64,000 nt of DNA, from the NCBI GenBank assembly GCA_028748975.1, contig JAQTPI010000002.1:51213-115212 (forward strand). Reading direction: 5' to 3'. A program made the position numbers and the translations under genes. The stretch's first letter is position 1; the number at the start of each line of letters is the position of its first letter. Of the stretch, positions 1-9,937 are shown in pieces. This DNA comes from Patescibacteria group bacterium (GTDB lineage: Bacteria; Patescibacteriota; Patescibacteriia; UBA2196). A model generated the notes under the pieces. It did not search any database. It had not been told where the DNA came from and saw only the letters and a program-made list of their open reading frames with translations.

Positions 1-1950
1 ATGCCAATATATAACCACGACCATGAAAATGAAGTAACATATTTTGCCGCGACTAACTTCAGAAACCAGATGAAGAAATTTGGCATTAAAACCGATGACC
101 GCCGGCGGCATATGTATGTTTTGGGTAAAACCGGTTCAGGTAAAACCACCCTCTTGGCCAACATGGCCCTGCAGGATATTGAACGCGGCCACGGAGTCGC
201 CATCACTGACCCACATGGCGATGTTTTGAATTCGCTTTTGGATTTTATTCCGAGCAATCGCGTCAACGATGTGGTCTATTTTAATCCTTCAGACACCGAA
301 CACCCCATTGCCTTTAATGTTTTGGAAAACGTCAATCCGGACCATAAACATCTGGTGGCTTCGGGACTGATGAGTGTTTTTAAAAAGATTTGGGCCAATC
401 TGTGGTCGGCCAGAATGGAATATATTTTGAATAATACTATTTTGGCTCTTTTGGATTCTCCGGGCAATACGCTCCTCGGAATTATGCGCATGCTTTCGGA
501 CAAGGATTTTCGCAGAAAAATTGTGGATAACATCAATGATCCGGTGGTGAAATCTTTTTGGATTAATGAATACGCCAATTACAGCGATAAATTCCGGCAG
601 GAAGCCATCGCGCCAATCCAAAATAAGGTTGGCCAGTTTTTGTCTTCTTCTATTATTCGAAATATTGTCGGCCAGCCCAAGTCCACCATTGACCCGCGAA
701 AAATTATTGATGAGGGCAAGATTTTGCTTTTGGATTTGTCTAAAGGAAAAATTGGCGAAGATAATTCGGCACTACTGGGCGCGATGATGGTAACCAAGTT
801 GTGGCTCGCGGCGATGTCGCGGGTGGATATTCCAGAAAAAGAGCGGTTGGATTTTTATCTCTATGTTGATGAATTCCAGAATTTTGCCACCGAATCTTTT
901 GCCGACATTTTGTCGGAGGCGAGAAAATATCATTTGAATTTGCTAATCGCGCATCAATACATCAACCAGTTGATTTCGCCGGATTCCAAAAAAGTGAAAG
1001 AAGCGGTGTTTGGCAACGTGGGCACCTTGGTTTGTTTTCGGGTCGGCGCGGCTGACGCGGAAGAGTTGGTGACTGAATTTGAGCCGACTTTTGAAGAAAA
1101 TGATCTGGTTAACATCGGCAAGCATGAGATTTTTTTGAAATTAATGATTAATGGCATGGCCACTTCGCCCTTTACGGCCAAGACCTTGCCGCCATTGTCG
1201 CAGGGTAAAGAAAATGATAATCGTGATAAAATTATCGCGGTTTCGCGCGAACGCTATTCCAATCCGCGCGCGGAAGTGGAAGAAAGAATCGTGCGCTGGA
1301 GCGGCATGGAAAAAATGTTTAAAGGCACGGCGGAAGAAGAATATATCGACGAAGAAGAACTTGTTTTTAAAGAAGGCAAAGTTAAGAAAGAAAAACCCAG
1401 CGGGCCGAGTTTTAAGGCCTATTGCGATAATTGCGGCGCCACCACGGCGATTAATTTTATTCCGGATTTAAGCAAGGCGATTTTTTGCAAGAATTGTCTG
1501 CCGGAATTTAAGCGCGGCGCCATTGATCCTCGGAAATTGAAATCAAAAAATCCGCATCTGAAGGCGGAGATTGAGAAATATCAGAAGAGCTTAGTGACAG
1601 CGAATAGTGAAGAGGGAAGAGAGAAGAGCGAACCCGCTTCATCAGTGAGTAAACCGGAAACTGGAAATCAGAAAACAGAAATTGGAAATCAGAAACCAGT
1701 CGTTGCAATTAGTGAAGAGAGAATAGAGAAGAGTGAAAAGAAAATAGAAATTAAAAAGAAAGAAATTACACCGGAGCCGGCGCCAAAAAAAACCGCCAAG
1801 GCGAATTTTATGGCGGATAAAAGGGAAGAAGCGGAAGGGGTGAGTTTAGCGAATTTAAAAGATGATAATCGCGTAGTTGGTTTTAATAATCGGCGCGGTG
1901 GAACAGGAAAAAGTGTGAAGCCGGGGGAAGTGGTAAGGATTAAGGAATAG
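1..1950 (+). CDS. P-loop ATPase, TraD/VirD4 (type IV secretion coupling protein)-like, with C-terminal zinc ribbon and low-complexity tail
   Basis: Walker A GKTGSGKTT near N-terminus. hhhhDE-like YVDEFQNF. CDNCG...CKNC Cys4 near aa 475-498. Tail contains NQK tandem insert. ORF starts at window base 1, so the N-terminus may be incomplete. Confidence 0.5.
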   Translation: MPIYNHDHENEVTYFAATNFRNQMKKFGIKTDDRRRHMYVLGKTGSGKTTLLANMALQDIERGHGVAITDPHGDVLNSLLDFIPSNRVNDVVYFNPSDTEHPIAFNVLENVNPDHKHLVASGLMSVFKKIWANLWSARMEYILNNTILALLDSPGNTLLGIMRMLSDKDFRRKIVDNINDPVVKSFWINEYANYSDKFRQEAIAPIQNKVGQFLSSSIIRNIVGQPKSTIDPRKIIDEGKILLLDLSKGKIGEDNSALLGAMMVTKLWLAAMSRVDIPEKERLDFYLYVDEFQNFATESFADILSEARKYHLNLLIAHQYINQLISPDSKKVKEAVFGNVGTLVCFRVGAADAEELVTEFEPTFEENDLVNIGKHEIFLKLMINGMATSPFTAKTLPPLSQGKENDNRDKIIAVSRERYSNPRAEVEERIVRWSGMEKMFKGTAEEEYIDEEELVFKEGKVKKEKPSGPSFKAYCDNCGATTAINFIPDLSKAIFCKNCLPEFKRGAIDPRKLKSKNPHLKAEIEKYQKSLVTANSEEGREKSEPASSVSKPETGNQKTEIGNQKPVVAISEERIEKSEKKIEIKKKEITPEPAPKKTAKANFMADKREEAEGVSLANLKDDNRVVGFNNRRGGTGKSVKPGEVVRIKE

Positions 1951-2055
1951 GGATTAAGGAATATAAAAATTATAGAGGCGGTTCAATGGTCATTGGACCG
2001 CTTTTTGTTTATAAAAAAACCGCTCAAATGAGAGCGGTTTATTATTGAAATATTG

Positions 2056-2475
2056 TTAACACAGATTTTTGGCCAGAGCGGTATATCTGATACGGGCAAA
2101 AAGCCATGATTTATCTGACAGGAACCAAAGCCACCAATTTTCATTCTCGCGTTCTTCTATATAATGTTTTACACGCCAGGGAATTTTGCTACATATTTTT
2201 TTGATTTCCAGCGGTGTCCCATTGAGATTTGTGCTGGTAGATACCAAAAAACTTTTGCCTGGTATAAAACACCCATCATTAACGGCAATCTTGCGTCTAT
2301 CATAAGTCGCGATTTTTCCATAAGCAGATTTTTCCAAAAGATTCGGATAATTGTGTTTGGATTCTGGCAAAGGATTTTGTGAGATTATTGTAGTATGATA
2401 TAAATACCTGGTAGTAAATAACCTGACGATTTTGTGGCGTGAGTCATAAACATAATATCTTTTTTTTCGTTCCAT
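2056..2475 (-). CDS. hypothetical protein
   Basis: 139-aa ORF convergent with the upstream gene. Two hairpins (1986-2045) lie between the convergent 3' ends. No recognisable motif. Confidence 0.3.
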   Translation of the reverse strand: MERKKRYYVYDSRHKIVRLFTTRYLYHTTIISQNPLPESKHNYPNLLEKSAYGKIATYDRRKIAVNDGCFIPGKSFLVSTSTNLNGTPLEIKKICSKIPWRVKHYIEERENENWWLWFLSDKSWLFARIRYTALAKNLC

Positions 2476-2692
2476 TTTTGATACCTCTTTTGGTTTTTTT
2501 GGAACGTTTATTTGTGTTGAAGAGGTTCAAGTATGTTCATTTTAGCATGGTTGAATTTTTTTGTCAAATGGCGGATTTTATGCTAAATTTAGAATGCGAA
2601 TTAGTACAAATTTCGTGCGAATTTTGCGAACATAATATTTCGTGTTTATTCGCATAATTCGCAGGTAATTTGCCAATAATTCGTATATAAAT

Positions 2693-4624
2693 ATGCCTTC
2701 TAATCCCTTTCAAATTGAAGCCAGCCCGAGAAAAATTAAGAATCACCATTTGAGCCGTTTTGGCAGAGGTTCTGGCGGCGAAATTTTTGATTACAGCGGC
2801 GCCAAAGAGGGGCTGAAAGCCTCTATCAGTAATCGGCGAGTGGCTTATTTTTTTCTATTGGCCGCGGTAGTTGGGGCGGTGTTTTTGGGGCGTGTTTTTT
2901 ATTTGCAAATCATCCGGGGCGATTATTGGTTTCAAATTGCCGAGGGCAACCGCATTCGAGTGGAGGAAACTTTGGCGCCGCGCGGCATAATTTTTGACAG
3001 AGAGATGGAACCGTTGGTAAAAAATAAACCGAATTTTGTGTTGTCTTTTATACCGGCTGAATTTATCAATCAAAATTCGGAAGTGGAACCCTTTTTGAAA
3101 TTTTTAACAACAGAGATACCGGAAGTTAATGTTAATGAAGTTAAAGACGAAATTAGCCAAGCCAAACAATATTCGGGCGAAGACGAAGAAATTTTGGATA
3201 ACATTCCTTATGAACGGGCGCTCAGTTTGATGATGAAAATAAAAATTTGGCCGGAGTTGAGATTGTCATATTTTTCCAGCCGAAATTATGTGGCGGCTGA
3301 TTATGGACTTTCCAATGTTTTGGGTTATTTGGGAAAAATTGGACCGGAAGAGTGGCCAGGCTTAAAAAATCAGGGCTATCTTTTGATTGAGCGCGTGGGA
3401 AAAACCGGTTTGGAGCGTATTTATGAAAAAGAATTGCGCGGTAACCCAGGTGAAAAAAAGATAGAAGTGGATGTTAAGGGCAATATTAAAAAAATAATCA
3501 GCGAGAGCGAGCCGAAAAAAGGCGCCAATTTGGTCTTGGCTTTGGATGGAAATTTAAATCAGTTTTTAACAAGGCGTCTGTGCGCGGCGGCCGTGCCTTA
3601 CGGTGGCAAAGCCGCGGCCGTGGCGCTTAATCCCCAAAACGGAGAAATTTTAGCTTTGGTTTCCTGCCCGGTGTTTGACAATAATTTATTCAGTAACACC
3701 AAAATTAACAGTGAAAAAATAGAAGTGCTTTTAAATGACGCCAAACAGCCATTTTTTAATCGACCGATTCAGGGTGAATATCCGGCTGGTTCGGTTTTCA
3801 AACTGGTGATAGCGGCGGCGGGACTGCAGGAAAAAATTATTACTTCTTTGACAACGGTTTTATCGATTGGCGGATTAAAAATTGATCAATGGTTTTTTCC
3901 TGATTGGAAAGCTGGCGGGCATGGAATAACTAATGTTACTAAAGCCATTGCCGAGTCTATTAATACTTTTTTCTATTACGTGGGCGGAGGGTTTGATAAG
4001 TTTAGCGGTTTGGGTGTGGATAAAATTATTGAATATGCCAAAAAATTTCATTTTAATCAAAAATTAGGCATTGATTTGCCTGGTGAAAAGGAAGGATTTT
4101 TACCCAGTCGTGATTGGAAATTTCAGACTAAGGGCGAAGAATGGTATATTGGTGACACTTATCATCTAGCAATCGGACAGGGCGATTTGACCGTGACACC
4201 GCTTCAGGTTGCCGCCATGACTTCTTTTTTTGCCAATGGCGGAAGGCTCTATCAACCACACCTGGTCAAAGAATTTTTATTGGAGCGCGGAGAAAAACAA
4301 GAAGTTAAACCGATGATTTTGGAAAATGATATTATTGATCAAGAAAATATTGAGATTGTGCGGCGGGGCATGCGCCAAGCCGTGACCAGTGGCTCCGCTA
4401 AAATTCTTTTGGATTTACCGGTTAAGGCAGCGGCTAAAACCGGCACGGCCCAAGTTGGTGGTAATAAAAATCCACACGCTTGGTTTACTTCGTTTGCGCC
4501 ATTTGATAATCCAGAAATTGTTTTGACGGTTTTGATTGAGAATGGAGTGGAGGGAAGCGTGACGGCGGCGCCAGTGGTGAAGGATACTTTACAATTTTAT
4601 TTTAATAATAAAATTGTAAAGTAG
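2693..4624 (+). CDS. mrdA: penicillin-binding protein 2 (peptidoglycan D,D-transpeptidase)
   Basis: N-terminal transmembrane helix. SxxK (SVFK) and KTGT motifs. Length and domain order typical of class B PBP. mrdA versus ftsI cannot be strictly resolved from sequence alone. Confidence 0.75.
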   Translation: MPSNPFQIEASPRKIKNHHLSRFGRGSGGEIFDYSGAKEGLKASISNRRVAYFFLLAAVVGAVFLGRVFYLQIIRGDYWFQIAEGNRIRVEETLAPRGIIFDREMEPLVKNKPNFVLSFIPAEFINQNSEVEPFLKFLTTEIPEVNVNEVKDEISQAKQYSGEDEEILDNIPYERALSLMMKIKIWPELRLSYFSSRNYVAADYGLSNVLGYLGKIGPEEWPGLKNQGYLLIERVGKTGLERIYEKELRGNPGEKKIEVDVKGNIKKIISESEPKKGANLVLALDGNLNQFLTRRLCAAAVPYGGKAAAVALNPQNGEILALVSCPVFDNNLFSNTKINSEKIEVLLNDAKQPFFNRPIQGEYPAGSVFKLVIAAAGLQEKIITSLTTVLSIGGLKIDQWFFPDWKAGGHGITNVTKAIAESINTFFYYVGGGFDKFSGLGVDKIIEYAKKFHFNQKLGIDLPGEKEGFLPSRDWKFQTKGEEWYIGDTYHLAIGQGDLTVTPLQVAAMTSFFANGGRLYQPHLVKEFLLERGEKQEVKPMILENDIIDQENIEIVRRGMRQAVTSGSAKILLDLPVKAAAKTGTAQVGGNKNPHAWFTSFAPFDNPEIVLTVLIENGVEGSVTAAPVVKDTLQFYFNNKIVK

Positions 4625-4653
4625 TTTTTGCCCAACTTTTTATAATTGCAGAC

Positions 4654-4987
4654 GCCACTTTCTTTGGACAAAGATTTTCTTTCGTTCTTTTTTTAGAAAA
4701 AAGAACCAAAAAAGCGCCGCTGGCAAAAAAGCTTCCACAAAATCGGCTGCGTCCTCGCTAAACCCGTTAACTCCTTGTTCCGCCTCTCCGCCGGCTGGCG
4801 GATCGGCGGAACTTCGTCAGACAGAAGCGGGTTTTTCAGCGCTGCGGCACTGAATCGCTCCGACTTAGCTCGATTTTGTCTGGAACCTTTTTTGAGGCGG
4901 CAGTCGCAACGACGGTTTATTTCTCGTGTTTTGTTAATTGTGTTTTGAGTTTTGTTTTAATGTTTTTATGTTTTAATGCTTTCATGG
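4654..4987. repeat. Element A copy 1 (about 330-nt structured intergenic repeat, candidate ncRNA)
   Basis: Collinear with 18890-19187. Begins gccactttctttggacaaagatttt. Helices gttccgcc/ggcggaac and ttcag/ctgaa are conserved with compensatory changes. Ends in gttttaatg(ttt)tatg motif. Confidence 0.6.
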
Positions 4988-5016
4988 TATAATAAAGTAA
5001 ATAATTGTGAATATCT

Positions 5017-6264
5017 ATGCTTAAAAATAAAACAAAAGACGCAACCTTAAGATTTCCCAAAGGTTTTCTTTGGGGTACGGCCACCGCCGCTCATCAGGTG
5101 GAGGGAAATAATATCAATTCCGATTGGTGGCAATATGAAGAACAGGGAAAAATACTTTATCGCTCTGGGCGTGCCTGTGACAGTTATAATCGTTTTAAAG
5201 ACGATCATGATTTGATTGAAAAAATGAATAATAATGTTTATCGCTTGTCAATTGAATGGGCGCGGATTGAACCGGAAAAGGGAAAATTTGATCATGAGGC
5301 GATGAAACATTACGTGGAAGTTCTTTCTGATTTGAAGAAACGCGAGATAAAAGTCATGCTGACGTTGCATCATTTTTCCAGTCCCACCTGGATCGCCGCT
5401 TTGGGCGGCTGGGCCAATCATTTTGTGGCTATTTATTATTTTCGGCGTTATGCCAAATTTGTTTTGGAAAATGTCGGCGGTTTGGTTGATTTTTGGGTAA
5501 CCATCAACGAACCGGGGGTTTATACCGACCAGGGTTATGATAAGGGCATCTGGCCACCCATGCAGGTTAATTACTGGAAGGCATTTTTGTGTTATGTTAA
5601 TATGGCGTTCGCTCATCGCTTGGTCTATCGCCTGATTCATAAGAAAATTCGAAACGCGCAAGTGGGTTTGGCCATGAATGTGATGTCTTTTGCTTCTTAC
5701 CGCAAACACAAGCTGATGGAACTTCTTTTTGTCCATTTTGCCGACCGCTTTGTTAACCATTCTTTTTATGATTTAACCAAACACAAGCATGATTTTTTAG
5801 GTATTAACTATTATTTTCGCGTGCGTCTCAAACAAAAAGGCCACAGTTTGGTGCCAGAAGTGGAAGACGTGACCGAAGGCGAACGCGAACTTTCCGATGT
5901 CGGCTGGCTGATTTATCCGCATGGGCTTTATGATGTTTTAATGGATTTGGCCGATTTTAAAGAGCCGATTTATATCACCGAAAACGGTATCGCGGCGGAA
6001 GATGATACTAAGCGTGAAAAATTTATAGTCAATCATCTGGCGGAAATTTATCACGCCATCAAAGGCGGGGTGGATGTGCGCGGTTATTTTCACTGGTCGC
6101 TACTTGATAATTTTGAATGGGAAAAAGGCTTTAGTCCAAAATTCGGTTTAGCCAGCGTTGACCATAAAACTTTTGAGCGCAAACTTAAACCCAGCGGAAT
6201 TTTATATGGCGAAATCGCTAAGAATAATTGCATTGCGGAGGAATTGGTGAAGAAATATCAGTAA
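5017..6264 (+). CDS. glycoside hydrolase family 1 (beta-glucosidase/beta-galactosidase type)
   Basis: Acid/base TINEP and nucleophile YITENG motifs of GH1. N-terminal FLWGTATAAHQVEG signature. Confidence 0.85.
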   Translation: MLKNKTKDATLRFPKGFLWGTATAAHQVEGNNINSDWWQYEEQGKILYRSGRACDSYNRFKDDHDLIEKMNNNVYRLSIEWARIEPEKGKFDHEAMKHYVEVLSDLKKREIKVMLTLHHFSSPTWIAALGGWANHFVAIYYFRRYAKFVLENVGGLVDFWVTINEPGVYTDQGYDKGIWPPMQVNYWKAFLCYVNMAFAHRLVYRLIHKKIRNAQVGLAMNVMSFASYRKHKLMELLFVHFADRFVNHSFYDLTKHKHDFLGINYYFRVRLKQKGHSLVPEVEDVTEGERELSDVGWLIYPHGLYDVLMDLADFKEPIYITENGIAAEDDTKREKFIVNHLAEIYHAIKGGVDVRGYFHWSLLDNFEWEKGFSPKFGLASVDHKTFERKLKPSGILYGEIAKNNCIAEELVKKYQ

Positions 6265-6397
6265 TTTTTATAAGCACCAAATCCCAAATTACAAAATACA
6301 AACAAATTTCAAATATCAAATTTCAAATTCTAAATAAATTGGCGCTCCGCGCCAACCGTTTGTAATTTGGTGCTTGTAATTTGTCATTTACTCTTTT

Positions 6398-7369
6398 ATG
6401 AGTTGGTTTCTCGTCGCCCTCATCGCTTACTTTCTAAACGCCGTTGCCATGACGGTGGATAAAACGCTTTTAAAAAAAGGCGGGATTAAAAATCCTGTCG
6501 TTTATACTTTTTATATCGCCGCTTTGGGTTCGGTTTTGATGCTTTTTGTAATTCCTTTTGGTTTTTTTGTGCCAGCAGTTATAACTGCCATCGCGGCGCT
6601 TATTTCCGGCGCGGTTTTTGCTTGGGCCTTGATTTTAATGTTTGACGCTTTAGGCAAAGATGACGCCACGCGCGTGACCGCGGCCATTGGCGGACTGGTG
6701 CCGGTTTTTGTTTTTATTTTGGCCTGGTTTGTTTTGGAAGAAGCGTTTTCCACGCGCCAAATAATTGCCGCCGTACTTTTAATTGCCGGCGCTTTTTTGA
6801 TGTCACTGGATTTTCAAACCCATGGCGCCCTGTCTTGGCTTAAAAAGAAATTGGGTTTAAGCCAAGGATTGATTTTGCCGCACATTCGCAAAGCGCTTTG
6901 GTTGGCGCTGCCTTCGGCCGCTCTTTTCGGCGTTTCTCATATTTTGACCAAATTTGTTTATAATAATACTACTTTTTTAAATGGTTTCATTTGGACGCGC
7001 CTGGGTTCTTTCGTGGTGGTGCTTTTGCTTTTATTTTCTGTTAAAAATCGCCGTGATCTGAAGAATAGTTTGAAAAGAAATAAAAAAGGAAAGTCCAGCG
7101 CGGAACAAAAAAAGTCCGGCTTGCGTTTTCTTTTTGGTCAGGCCTGCGGCGGGGCCTCCGCACTTTTACAACAGTATGCCATTTTTTTGGGTTCAGTGGC
7201 CTTGGTCAATGCTGTTTCCGGCGTGCAGTATGCCATAGTTTTCATTTTGGTTATCATTTTAACCAAAACCGCGCCGAAGCTCTTGAAAGAAAAATTGACA
7301 CGGGAGGTGGTGATTCAGAAAGTTTTGGCGATTATTATTATTGCCGCGGGACTTTATTTGATTAGATAG
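6398..7369 (+). CDS. polytopic membrane protein, EamA/DMT-like transporter
   Basis: About ten hydrophobic helices arranged as two halves. No catalytic motifs. Confidence 0.5.
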   Translation: MSWFLVALIAYFLNAVAMTVDKTLLKKGGIKNPVVYTFYIAALGSVLMLFVIPFGFFVPAVITAIAALISGAVFAWALILMFDALGKDDATRVTAAIGGLVPVFVFILAWFVLEEAFSTRQIIAAVLLIAGAFLMSLDFQTHGALSWLKKKLGLSQGLILPHIRKALWLALPSAALFGVSHILTKFVYNNTTFLNGFIWTRLGSFVVVLLLLFSVKNRRDLKNSLKRNKKGKSSAEQKKSGLRFLFGQACGGASALLQQYAIFLGSVALVNAVSGVQYAIVFILVIILTKTAPKLLKEKLTREVVIQKVLAIIIIAAGLYLIR

Positions 7370-7370
7370 T

Positions 7371-7498
7371 TTCCCAAACAACCCCTCCGTCCCGTTGCTA
7401 CGGGACACCTCCCCTTCGAAAGGGGAGGATAGTGACGGCGTTATCCCCTCCTTTCGAAGGAGGGGTGGCCGATAGCAATCGGCCGGGGTGGTTGTAAA
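7371..7498. repeat. P-family palindromic repeat cluster (cccctcctttcgaaggagggg hairpins)
   Basis: Inverted GC-rich stem-loops. The same units recur at 13081-13112, 33017-33150, 38161-38270, 41821-41960, 44007-44110 and 46145-46190. Confidence 0.7.
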
Positions 7499-7515
7499 AG
7501 ACAAATAATATTACT

Positions 7516-8235
7516 ATGACCATCTCCATCGTTATTCCTTGTTACAACGAAGAAGAAAATATTCCGCCGTGTTTGGTAGCGATTTTGGGGCAAACGGAGC
7601 CGCCGGAAGAGGTGATTTTTGTAAATAATAATTCCACCGATAATTCGCGCGCCGTGGCGGAAAGTTTTATGCCGAAGTTTCAAGAAAAAGGAATAAATTT
7701 TCAAATTTTTGATGTGGCGGAGCAGGGAATTGTGCCAGCAAGAATTGTCGGTTATGGAGCGGTAGAAAATGATTTAATTGGTTCAATAGACATAGATACA
7801 ATAATAGACAGAAATTGGGTAAAAACCGCGAAGAATTATTTTTTTAATAATTTAGAGATAGTCGGTTGTGGCGGACCATTATTTTTTTCCAATCGTGGTT
7901 TGGTGTCAAAAATTCGCCTCATGTTAAATTTTTTTCTTTATAAGATTATAAATAAGTCCCTAATCTTATGGGGATGCAACAGTATCTTTAGAAAAAATAT
8001 CTATAAAAATATTTCTGGTTTTAACGGTTATAATATATTTTTTTCCGCCCTACATCTTGATTATCCGTACAGTGATAATTTTTTGACGGAAAGATTCAGG
8101 AGATGCGGAAAAATATCTTTTATCTTTTCTTTGCGGGCTTCCGGCGTGGCGCGTGGTGGAATGGGGAGACCGTGGCGCCAATCAATAGATTTTTGGCGAA
8201 TAAAATATTATTTCTGGAAAAAATACAAAGTATGA
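7516..8235 (+). CDS. glycosyltransferase family 2
   Basis: SIVIPCYNEE N-terminal GT2 signature. Acidic DxD-like region. 239 aa. Confidence 0.7.
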   Translation: MTISIVIPCYNEEENIPPCLVAILGQTEPPEEVIFVNNNSTDNSRAVAESFMPKFQEKGINFQIFDVAEQGIVPARIVGYGAVENDLIGSIDIDTIIDRNWVKTAKNYFFNNLEIVGCGGPLFFSNRGLVSKIRLMLNFFLYKIINKSLILWGCNSIFRKNIYKNISGFNGYNIFFSALHLDYPYSDNFLTERFRRCGKISFIFSLRASGVARGGMGRPWRQSIDFWRIKYYFWKKYKV

Positions 8236-9242
8236 AATTCAAACCTACTAAAACTCATTACACTATTTTTTTTGTCGTGGTGGCAGTTTTTGTGGCGATC
8301 ATTATTATCTCCAGTTGGAATTTTGGCGATGACCAGGAAATTATTTGGGGCGTGAATTTCAGCAAAAAACAGGCAGACAATTTAGGCGTGAATTGGAAAC
8401 TGGTCTATTGGAAAATGCTGGATGAATATAAATTTATAAAAATAATCAGGATGCCGATTTATTGGGATGAGGTGGAACAAGCCGCGGGCAAATACGTTTT
8501 TATGGATTATACCTGGATGATTGAAGAAGCGGCCAAAAAAAATATCAGTGTTATTCCAGTTTTGGGGCGCCGCGTGCCGCGCTGGCCAGAGTGCCACGAA
8601 CCCTGGTTTTATGGTTTAAAAAGTGAAGCAGAAAAAGAGCAGTTAATTTTAAATTTTGTGAGGGCGGAAGTGGAAGCTTTAAAAAAATATCCAAATGTAA
8701 TTCGCTGGCAAGTTGATAATGAACCGTTTTTGGACGTTTTTGGCGAATGTCCGGTGGGTAAAGATTTATTGGTACAAAAAGAAGTGGAGCTGGTGCGTTC
8801 ACTGGACAGCCGCCCCATTGTTATCACGGAGTCGGGCGAACTTTCCAGCTGGATGAAAGGCGCCAAATTGGCGGATGTTTTGGGCGTTTCTCTTTATCGT
8901 AAGACTTGGAATCCCAATTGGGGCTGGTTTCAATATCCACTGCCGCCGGCTTTTTATTATTACAAAGCAAAAATCGTGAAATTATTATCTGGTGTCAAGA
9001 AAATCATTAATACCGAATTGCAGGTGGAACCTTGGGCGCAAGACGGCGATTTGACCAAAATGCCTTTGGTGGACCAGCGTTATGCCATGGACTTAATCGG
9101 CGTAAAAAACAGCGTTAAGTTCGCCAAACACACCGGTTTTGACGAAATCTACCTTTGGGGTGTAGAATGGTGGTGGTGGCTGGGGCAGAAACAGGGGGAT
9201 TGGAGTTATTGGGAATTCGGCAAAACAATGAATAATGAATAA
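8232..9242 (+). CDS. membrane-anchored glycoside hydrolase-like protein (TIM-barrel, GH5-like NEP motif)
   Basis: Start moved to the MKFKPTK ATG that overlaps the stop of the upstream gene. N-terminal transmembrane helix. VDNEPF acid/base-like motif. Family assignment is tentative. Confidence 0.4.
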   Translation: MKFKPTKTHYTIFFVVVAVFVAIIIISSWNFGDDQEIIWGVNFSKKQADNLGVNWKLVYWKMLDEYKFIKIIRMPIYWDEVEQAAGKYVFMDYTWMIEEAAKKNISVIPVLGRRVPRWPECHEPWFYGLKSEAEKEQLILNFVRAEVEALKKYPNVIRWQVDNEPFLDVFGECPVGKDLLVQKEVELVRSLDSRPIVITESGELSSWMKGAKLADVLGVSLYRKTWNPNWGWFQYPLPPAFYYYKAKIVKLLSGVKKIINTELQVEPWAQDGDLTKMPLVDQRYAMDLIGVKNSVKFAKHTGFDEIYLWGVEWWWWLGQKQGDWSYWEFGKTMNNE

Positions 9243-9320
9243 TGAAAAATGAATAATGTGTTGTACTTTTAAAACTAAAAACAAGCCCGTCCCTTTGGGT
9301 CGAGGCAGGGAGGAAAAAAA

Positions 9321-9743
9321 ATGAAGAAATATCATATAGTTTTTATATTTTTATTTTTCTCCAATCTTAACGCCGCGCAAAATTCTAAAGAAAGTTTTTA
9401 TCCCTGGCGAGATATTAGAAGGGCACTGACAAAGCAACGATCCAACTCTTTGTCTGGCCAGACCAAAGTCTTAAAAGTAAATTACTCTTTACTTAAGGGA
9501 GCCAGTGATATTACCGAAACAGAGCGCTTAGTGATATTAGCAAAAGAATTTGGCCTGCCACAGTCAGTCATTGATGCGATGCTTTGGTTTTACGAAATAA
9601 ATCAGAATGTTCAGAAAATCAGAGCAACTAAATTTATCATCTGTCAAAACGAACGCTGGTGCGCCTATTTTATGGAAGCCGATAAATCCTTCAAGTATGA
9701 TTATGGTAAAATATTTCTTTCTTTAACCGTAGAATTTAAATAA
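9321..9743 (+). CDS. secreted hypothetical protein
   Basis: Signal-peptide-like N-terminus. Strong SD gggagg 7 nt upstream. Confidence 0.45.
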   Translation: MKKYHIVFIFLFFSNLNAAQNSKESFYPWRDIRRALTKQRSNSLSGQTKVLKVNYSLLKGASDITETERLVILAKEFGLPQSVIDAMLWFYEINQNVQKIRATKFIICQNERWCAYFMEADKSFKYDYGKIFLSLTVEFK

Positions 9744-9757
9744 AAGAAGGAGGAACC

Positions 9758-9916
9758 ATGGAACGGCGAAAGTTTTTCAGACGGCTGGGCCATGGTAGTG
9801 CCCGGCCAACAAAGTGCCGTGTTTTTTCAAAAGCGGCAATAGGAGAAGAACTTATGATAAATTCATGGGTTGAAGATATGTTTTGTGGAGTTGAGGAAAA
9901 AGTTGACAAAAAATAG
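9758..9916 (+). CDS. small hypothetical protein (52 aa)
   Basis: Below the ORF-track cutoff. Perfect aaggagga SD 5 nt upstream. First of five consecutive small ORFs. Confidence 0.3.
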   Translation: MERRKFFRRLGHGSARPTKCRVFSKAAIGEELMINSWVEDMFCGVEEKVDKK

Positions 9917-9937
9917 TATTTTTTAGAAGGAGGAAAA

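Noticed and set aside
276-797. Several 70-110-aa ORFs on both strands inside the first gene
   Set aside because: They are fully embedded in a long ORF that has clear ATPase motifs. They have no RBS. They are shadow ORFs.
6280-6345. acaaat-rich low-complexity tract (also 11255-11310)
   Set aside because: It is simple A/C-rich DNA flanked by a long-range inverted repeat. There is no coding or obvious structural signal beyond a terminator-like stem.
8103-8231. Upstream extension of the 8232 gene (annotated start 8103)
   Set aside because: The extension overlaps the GT2 gene in another frame. The MKFKPTK ATG gives stop/start overlap and a sensible signal anchor.
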